This document shows positions 56,273 through 64,000 of a DNA stretch of 64,000 bases, piece after piece (positions within the stretch are counted from its first letter, which is position 1; every line of letters begins with the position of its first letter). A program made the position numbers and the translations under genes. The notes beneath the pieces were generated by a model. It had not been told where the DNA came from and did no database searches. It saw nothing but the letters and a program-made list of their open reading frames with translations. The DNA is taken from positions 55,552,001-55,616,000 of the forward strand of contig OZ024745.1 of the NCBI GenBank assembly GCA_964016885.1. The letters are read 5' to 3'. Origin of the DNA: Eledone cirrhosa (Eukaryota).

Positions 56273-56358
<86 letters not shown>

Positions 56359-56415
56359 TAGCGTACGTCTGTATACATATATGTATGTACGTATACATAC
56401 TTACATATATATATG

Positions 56416-57020
56416 TTGGCAGCCAACTCGTTTTCAAGTACGGCCACTACTTTATATCCATGTAGGAGAACCCCTACCGGTGCGCTGAACGAGTGTGACT
56501 TTTTAGTCCAGCCAGCGACTAGAAAACTCTGGTACAAACACTACACTTGTGACAATTATTGACACAGTGCTGGGCCCATGGTACCATGTGACGACAAGTG
56601 CAGAGAGATCTCCAGATGTAAAGCAATGCCTGTGCCGTGAAGCTTTTATAGTGAGCAAAGGCACTGCACAAAGCCAGTACCACCCTATTAACCAAAATGA
56701 CATTTACCAAAAAGAAGAACAAGTTAACATCATTGAATACCATCTGGGTTGCAGGTGTTATCTCGGAGTTTTCCTTCTCCTAGAATTCTGCCTTGACAAA
56801 GGCTAAGGGGTAATATCTCCCGGTGATTATAGATGGCCATTGACTCTTAAGAGCTCCTTTGCCCTTTGACAGGTTTTGTTTTTAGTCCTGCAGGATGTCC
56901 AAAGTCGCCCTCCTCACCAGGAAACATTGGTGGGGTTGCCAGTTTAGTCGCCAAAGACCCGACCATGAGACAGGTTGTACTGGGATACATGTTACCAGTA
57001 GCACCAACTAGTGACCTGAC
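56416..57020 (+). repeat. Unclassified dispersed repeat (about 600 bp)
   Basis: 56448-56720 is the reverse complement of 63728-64000. 56895-57020 matches 23550-23680. Confidence 0.75.
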
Positions 57021-57930
57021 ATATATATATAAGTATGTATACGTACATACATATATGTATACAGACGTACGCTAGTATTTATATACATACATACATGCAC
57101 ACATACATATATGTGCGTATGGGTTTACCGAACATTTATTATAATCCTCGGTTTGTTTGTAAACAAACAGCCCGAATTAGTAGCCGTATAGTGTTCGGCA
57201 ACCATCGTCGCCCTTTTGTTCAACAAAAGTAAGTGTTGAACAAAGGGACAACGATGGTTGCCGAACACTGTGCGACTACTAATTCGGGCTGTTTGTTTAC
57301 AAACAAACCGAATTAGTAGTCGTTAGGGTATAATGTGGGGCTGTAATACAGGAAAGTTTTGTGCAATTTATGTTAACAAGCAGAAATTGCCTTTTTATTT
57401 AAGCTGTGGTCTTTGGCATAGAGTATTTCCAGGGCACCAGTGGCGCAGTTGTCTTTTATTTCTGTTATACGATCTAGCCCTAGCTAGGATCTCCCAGTGT
57501 AACTTATATTGGGTGTGGTTGTCTTTTAGACTCCAGATATAAGCTGAAAGTGACGTCATATTCCTTCTTAAAGGGTTAAGAAAAGAATGGGTATGCATGT
57601 AAAGACGCTGCTTGAATCTATTGGCGGTTAACCCTATGTAGGCTCTGCGGGACGTGAGTGTTTCAACCTTACATTTGTAGACAATGTTACTAGAGAGGCA
57701 TTTCCTGGATAGGGGGCAGTCAACCAGATTCCTACAATTACGGTTAGTACTAGCTACAGGCTTGCACGCGTTCCTACGGCTAGGTAATTTAGCTAAATTT
57801 GAAGCTGTGATGTTATTGCAAGGTTAGGAATCGTAGAATAAGACATTTTAATGGTATTTCTATTAAAAATGTTACTATATTTTTGTGCTGGGGGATATGC
57901 TTCATAATAAGGGAGAGAAAGATCTTAGCT
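57020..57930 (-). mobile_element. PLE GIY-YIG fragment with 3' region containing a long hairpin
   Basis: IFNRNTIKMSYS, NCRNLVDCPLSRKCLSSNIVYKCKV..AYIGLTANRFKQRLYMH..TSLSAYIWSLKD..WEILARA. Confidence 0.85.
57148..57311. repeat. Inverted repeat, 78-bp arms with an 8-nt loop
   Basis: 57148-57225 pairs with 57234-57311, with about 6 transition differences. Confidence 0.92.
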
Positions 57931-57933
57931 TAA

Positions 57934-58534
<601 letters not shown>

Positions 58535-58539
58535 ATATA

Positions 58540-58880
58540 TTTCGTTTCTGAATCTGTTTAGCAAGATTCTTTATCTGAAAACCTGTGTTGAAACCGATAT
58601 TGTTATACTTTGGGAAAGTCATGTTGCCAATAAGAAACACACCCGCCAGTTGCTTTCACTTCAATTTATTTATAAATTTCCGGTCACTGATGAGGTCACA
58701 GAATGTGTGACGAAAGAACTTTGACAATATATGAAGAACCGTCCGGTTGTGGAACCAACCAACCAACCAGAAATTTATACATTTTTTAAAATTTATAATT
58801 TAATTTATAATAAATTGAAGTGAAAGCAACTGGTGCGCGTGTTTCATATTGGCAACATGACCCTCCCAAAGTATAATGAT

Positions 58881-58881
<1 letters not shown>
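58540..58881. mobile_element. Family A fold-back solo pLTR pair with HHR (plus strand, 58683-58725)
   Basis: An inverted tail (58540-58682) joins directly to GTCA-CTGATGA-GGTCAC..GTGAC-GAAA-GAAC-TT-TGAC. Embedded in (TA)n. Confidence 0.85.
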
Positions 58882-58944
<63 letters not shown>

Positions 58945-59706
58945 TAATCTCCTCAGTGTGAAGTATCATTATTGTTAATACGCGAGAAAATTAAACGCCG
59001 TTAAACAAATAATAGACAACGACATTAGAAAATTGTTTATGTTACAAATTGATACTTGAAAACGGTGCCTCAAGTATTTATTTTCATCAAATAACATATG
59101 ATTCTTTTTTCATATTTACATTATTTAAATATTAAACTAGAAAGCATTTGCTTCATCAATTTTCTAAGTATAGCAATGATGTTAATAACTTGATAAAATA
59201 ATGTTTTCATTGATTTAATTTCCTCTCCAGATGGAACATTATATTGGATTGTTAATATACATTCCGCTTCTATATTGTAAGATTCATATATATTGCAATC
59301 GGACGTAGAATTCGCGAAGTATTTGATTGATTTTTGTTTATATCATAAATATGTATAAATAGCTGCATTTTGATTCTCAGTTAGCAGTTAATCTCCGAAT
59401 AATTGGCTGTGTTTATAGATAAGACAAATGATATCCATGTCATAAGAACAATATAGGGATTAATATCAGGTTTGTGATATTATATTTCAATATTCGTGGC
59501 GAAAAAATTAAATTGAACATAAAAAAGCCTAAACGAGAATTACACTTGAATTCCATGTGCATTTAATAAGGATGATAATTATGATAAAATGAAGAGTGCA
59601 ATAAATCAAAATATTTGAGGCGCGTTAAGCATATATAACGTACCTGTTGTAACATTATGAATGATACAGAAATAAGATTAATTACACTAGGGAATCGAGG
59701 TAATTA

Positions 59707-59901
59707 AATAATTGTTTCTACTTTTAGCACAAGGCCAGCAATTACCCCAGTTTATTACTGGCACTTTATTTTACACTTAACCCGTAAGGATTAAAACAAA
59801 GTTAAACTCGGCGGGATTTGAACTCATATCATAAAGGGCCGTAACTATGCTGGAAAGCATGCATGATGTCTGACTCTCTACCGATACTGCCAATCCACTG
59901 C
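59707..59901 (-). mobile_element. tRNA-derived SINE
   Basis: Matches the family consensus. Confidence 0.9.
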
Positions 59902-59925
59902 TCTTTTAATTTAAAATGATTGAAT

Positions 59926-60106
59926 CTACTTTTGGCACAAGGCCAGCAATTATGCCAGTGCATTACTGGTACTTTATTTTATCGACCCCGTAAGGATGAA
60001 AGTCAAAGATAACCTCGACGGGATTTGAACTCAGACCGTAAAGGGACGTAACTATGCTGGAAAACAGTGTGTCCGACTCTCTACCGATACTGCCAATCCA
60101 CCGCCC
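59926..60106 (-). mobile_element. tRNA-derived SINE (full head)
   Basis: A-box TGGCAGTATCGG and B-box GAGTTCAAATCC. Confidence 0.9.
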
Positions 60107-60943
60107 TAATAGAATTTAAATATTCCCATATGCTTTACATGGTGCAATAATATTCTAGTAGTGAAAATATTTTACAGATTTAATGTCAAAATCTTTTCCG
60201 TGAGAGAACTACAGAACTGTTGGTTATCTTACTAAAATGAAGCATTAGTTATAAAATGCTGGAGAGAAGTGGTTATTAATTGATAGCGGTACATGTGCAT
60301 ATGCATAGTTTATAATAAATGATAAGGAATATCGCTTACTTTACATCTCCAAACAGTTATATAATGTTAAACATAATACTAACCCTCTATTCACACAGTC
60401 TGGAATTCATATATGCCATGTTTGAAAACAGACATGAATATGAGCAATTTCATATAAAGTGGTGTAGCTATTACTCCTTTATATTTGAAATGATGTTTCG
60501 ATGTCTTTGGATCTTTGCATGTTAAATCCAAAATATACTTCAACACTGTCAAGTATGTAAACATATTATATATATGGGAAGGCCTATTATACGTGCAGCT
60601 GTTCAGATACATGGAATATGATATTTTTCAATGAATGCTTCATTGATTTGTATAATACAAAACAAATACCAGCCTGTACAGAAACGTCATTACTTAGTAC
60701 TTAAGATTATTTAAAACAATTACTATTTCTTAAACGAAAGATGTTCGAGATTGCATTAATTATTTCCGTATAGAAATGCAATGCGTTTAGAAGAATATCA
60801 GAATTATTTCAATGAAAATATACGAGATGATTCCCGTGTTATTTACTTGAAATATTATGGGAAATATATGTATAACCGATTTTAAATAATCTTTTTTTAA
60901 TTCCTAATGAAAATTCCCTATATGAAGTATGTTTATAAATAAT

Positions 60944-61011
60944 CGTTTCTACCTTTGGCACAAGGCCAGCAATTACCCCTTTGTATTACTGGTACTTTAT
61001 TTTATCGACCC
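60944..61011 (-). mobile_element. 5'-truncated SINE with 10-bp TSD
   Basis: TATAAATAAT on both sides. Confidence 0.85.
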
Positions 61012-61069
61012 TATAAATAATAACAGTTATGTTTCATTATGAATTTACAATGTTTCATATGTCTCAAAG

Positions 61070-61120
<51 letters not shown>

Positions 61121-61198
61121 CGAAGGAAGTGTGGAAAGAGTCCAGAAAAAGCCGTCAAAACAGCTTGAGCTCTGCCGTCGGGGTCTTCAATATTGTCC

Positions 61199-61255
<57 letters not shown>

Positions 61256-61289
61256 ATGTGTGTGTGTGTGCGTGTGTGTGTGTATGAAG

Positions 61290-61601
61290 TATAATTGTTT
61301 CTACGTTTGGCACAAGGCCAGCAAATACCCAGAGCATTACTGGTACTTTATTTTATCGACCCCGTAAGGATGAAAGGCAAAGTTAACCTCGGCGGGATTT
61401 GAACTCAGAATGGCAAGGGCCGTAACTCTATACGTCAAAGCATAGTGTCCGACCCTCTACCGATATTGCCAATCGTGTATGAATTATAATTGTTTCTACT
61501 TTTTGGCACAAGGCCAGCAAATACTCAGTGCATTACTGGTACTTTATTTTATCGACCCCGTAAGGATGAAAGGCAAAGTTAACTTCGGCGGGATTTGAAC
61601 T
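61290..61601 (-). mobile_element. Two tandem SINE copies (61290-61474 full, 61487-61601 truncated)
   Basis: Family match. The target-like sequence GTGTATGAA.TATAAT is repeated at the junctions. Confidence 0.9.
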
Positions 61602-61634
61602 ATTATAATGAATTATAACTTGTTTATGCAGCAA

Positions 61635-61667
<33 letters not shown>

Positions 61668-61694
61668 TTGTAGTAGTAGTATTATTATTATTAT

Positions 61695-61734
<40 letters not shown>

Positions 61735-61896
61735 TGCAGTAGTAATATGTATGTATGTTTGTATGAAGGTATATAGTCTATTGTTCAATTCGTATTTGTA
61801 AGGAAAATTCATTATCGCATATACACATACACACATATATAAGAGATTGGGTTTTCCGTACAAAAACCAATCGGATGAAATACGTACATACTTCTA

Positions 61897-61972
61897 TACG
61901 GGGTCGATAAAATAAAGTACCAGTAATGCACTGGATAATTGCTGGTCTCGTGCCAAAAGTAGAAACAATTAT

Positions 61973-62006
<34 letters not shown>

Positions 62007-62016
62007 ACTACTACTG

Positions 62017-62084
<68 letters not shown>

Positions 62085-62092
62085 GATACTAC
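61897..62092 (+). mobile_element. SINE 3' fragment running into an (ACT/GCT)n tract
   Basis: TACGGGGTCGATAAAATAAAGTACC..AGAAACAATTATTACTACT. Confidence 0.85.
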
Positions 62093-62447
62093 TAATTTAC
62101 TACTTATATATACCTTGTCATTCTGACGTTGGGAAGTACATAATACTTACACACACATAAGCACACAAACACATACGCACATATTCATATATAATCTTTG
62201 AAATATATGGAATACTATATAGGCATCTATATCTCGAATACTATAAGTTATAATTTGTAGATTTTAATTTTTCTAAAATTATATTTAGGTATAAATATTT
62301 ACAGTATATGAAATGTTAGCATTGCAAGCAAAAACACACACACATATATATAAGTTTATCCCGGGTTCAATCCCGGGTAACCACAGTATATTAAGGTACT
62401 CAATACTTACCAGGGTATAAATATGGCTTCTAAAGGACTAGAATCAA

Positions 62448-62493
62448 GGCTTCCTGATGATTTCCCCCGAAGGAAACAGTGCTTGTCGAAGCC
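62448..62493 (+). ncRNA. Type I hammerhead ribozyme with GUC cleavage site
   Basis: GGCTTC-CTGATGA-TTTC-CCCC-GAAG-GAAA-CAG-TGC-TTG-TC-GAAGCC. Predicted cleavage after C62487. Confidence 0.88.
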
Positions 62494-62554
62494 ATTTCTA
62501 TAATATATATATATATATATACATCTGTGTGTGTGTGTGTGTCTGATGGTGGCT

Positions 62555-62990
62555 AAAATGCTTCCATAGGCGGTGTGCTGGTTGAGCACTCTATGCTCTT
62601 ACAGAGCAGAGTATGATATAATCGAAAACGAAAAATCAATGATGCATCTGAACTCAATTTATTGTGTTACAATTGTTTCGCCGGTGGACAGCTCGAGACG
62701 TGATCATTATGTGGATCTGTCTGATTCTGGACCCGCAGGTTCGACGGACACGTCTAATGATTTCGGAGCATATTCTCTCACTGGGGTGTCTGACCCTCTG
62801 GGCCAGTACCGTCAAAAACTTCATCCTATTCGTGTGTCCTGTGATTGGCCGCTGGTTGTCTACGTCATCATAATTCTGACCACAGGTACCAGTCCGCTGA
62901 CCATCAGGGCGTTGTCTGTCCCATGTCTGCTACACTTCAATAAATTATTACTGCTGTGTTTGGTAGTTTCCACATCTACGCGCGCACTCA
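62555..62990 (-). mobile_element. Family D pLTR copy (HHR core degenerate)
   Basis: Homologous to 8605-9010 and 12580-12830. The core reads CCGTCGA. Confidence 0.65.
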
Positions 62991-63256
62991 CAGACACATA
63001 CACACACATACACACACACACACACATACATACACACACACAGACACACATACCCACACACACACACATACACACACACATATAATCACATAGATAACGA
63101 CAGTCGTACGCATAGACTCCCGCTATACACACACATTTAAAGAGAACATATAAACATATAAATATACGCATCCAGAGAGGCACGTACAGACACAGACACA
63201 TGCCCACATGCCTATATACATCAACATACACACACACATGTGTGCATACAAAGAGT

Positions 63257-63447
<191 letters not shown>

Positions 63448-63664
63448 TATCTGACTGAATATGCACGTGCGTTCTTTTTATCAGATTTTTCCGTGTTTTC
63501 CTTTTACCTCTCTTCAATTTCATCTATTATTTTTCATTATAAGATCTGAATTCGGACTATTGTCCGAAACGTTCATACTCTTTTCCTATTATGCGTTCCG
63601 TTAAACTAATATATTTCTTCAATGTATTGTGACTTTGCTTTGTTATACGACTTACACCCCCCCC

Positions 63665-63699
<35 letters not shown>

Positions 63700-63727
63700 G
63701 TGTATATATGTATGTATATATATGTTC

Positions 63728-64000
63728 TTCTTTTTGCTAAATATCATCTTGGTTAAGAGAGTGGGACTGGCTTTGTGCAGTGCCTTTGCTCACTATAGAA
63801 GATTCACGGCACAGGTATTGCTTTATATCTGGAGATCTCTCTGCACTTGTCGTCACATCGTACCATGGGCCCAGCACTATGTGTCAGTAATCGTCACAAG
63901 TGTAGTGTTTGTACCAGAGTTTTCAAGTCGCTGGCTGGACTAGAAAGTCACACTCGTTCAGCGCATCGGTAGGGGTTCTCCGACATGGATATAAAGTAGT
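63728..64000 (-). repeat. Copy of the 56416-57020 repeat, running off the window end
   Basis: Reverse-complement match to 56448-56720. Confidence 0.85.

Larger units (their letters stand above)
54030..56278 (+). mobile_element. Non-coding, terminally redundant HHR-bearing element (retrozyme-like / non-autonomous PLE)
   Basis: A 44-nt direct repeat at 54060-54103 and 56225-56268 (3 mismatches), an intact HHR at 56023, no coding ORF, and (TA)n on both sides. Confidence 0.7.

Overview
This is AT-rich eukaryotic, repeat-dominated DNA with no host gene that I can support. The tRNA-derived SINE family and the Dong/R4 relic resemble octopus repeats as I recall them, so an octopod cephalopod origin is inferred. 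The window is dominated by Penelope-like elements (PLEs). There are decayed RT and GIY-YIG fragments from several families, inverted or fold-back pseudo-LTRs (pLTRs), and solo pLTRs, almost all sitting in (TA)n microsatellites. Reading both strands by eye gives about 21 type-I hammerhead ribozyme (HHR) motifs from about 10 sequence families, plus several degenerate relics. The window also holds a 3.4-kb Helitron with both termini, R4/Dong and CR1/L2-like LINE relics, about 12 SINE copies (some with TSDs), two small Tc1/mariner-type relics and a 70-bp minisatellite. The most notable candidates are: (1) a 2.2-kb non-coding, terminally redundant element with an intact HHR (retrozyme-like, 54030-56278); (2) an HHR family with a covarying 62-nt stem II; (3) a 27-nt hairpin shared by the 5' ends of two unrelated HHR-bearing elements; (4) an HHR lying inside a putative GT-AG intron. 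All coordinates and base pairings were read manually, and no database search was run.
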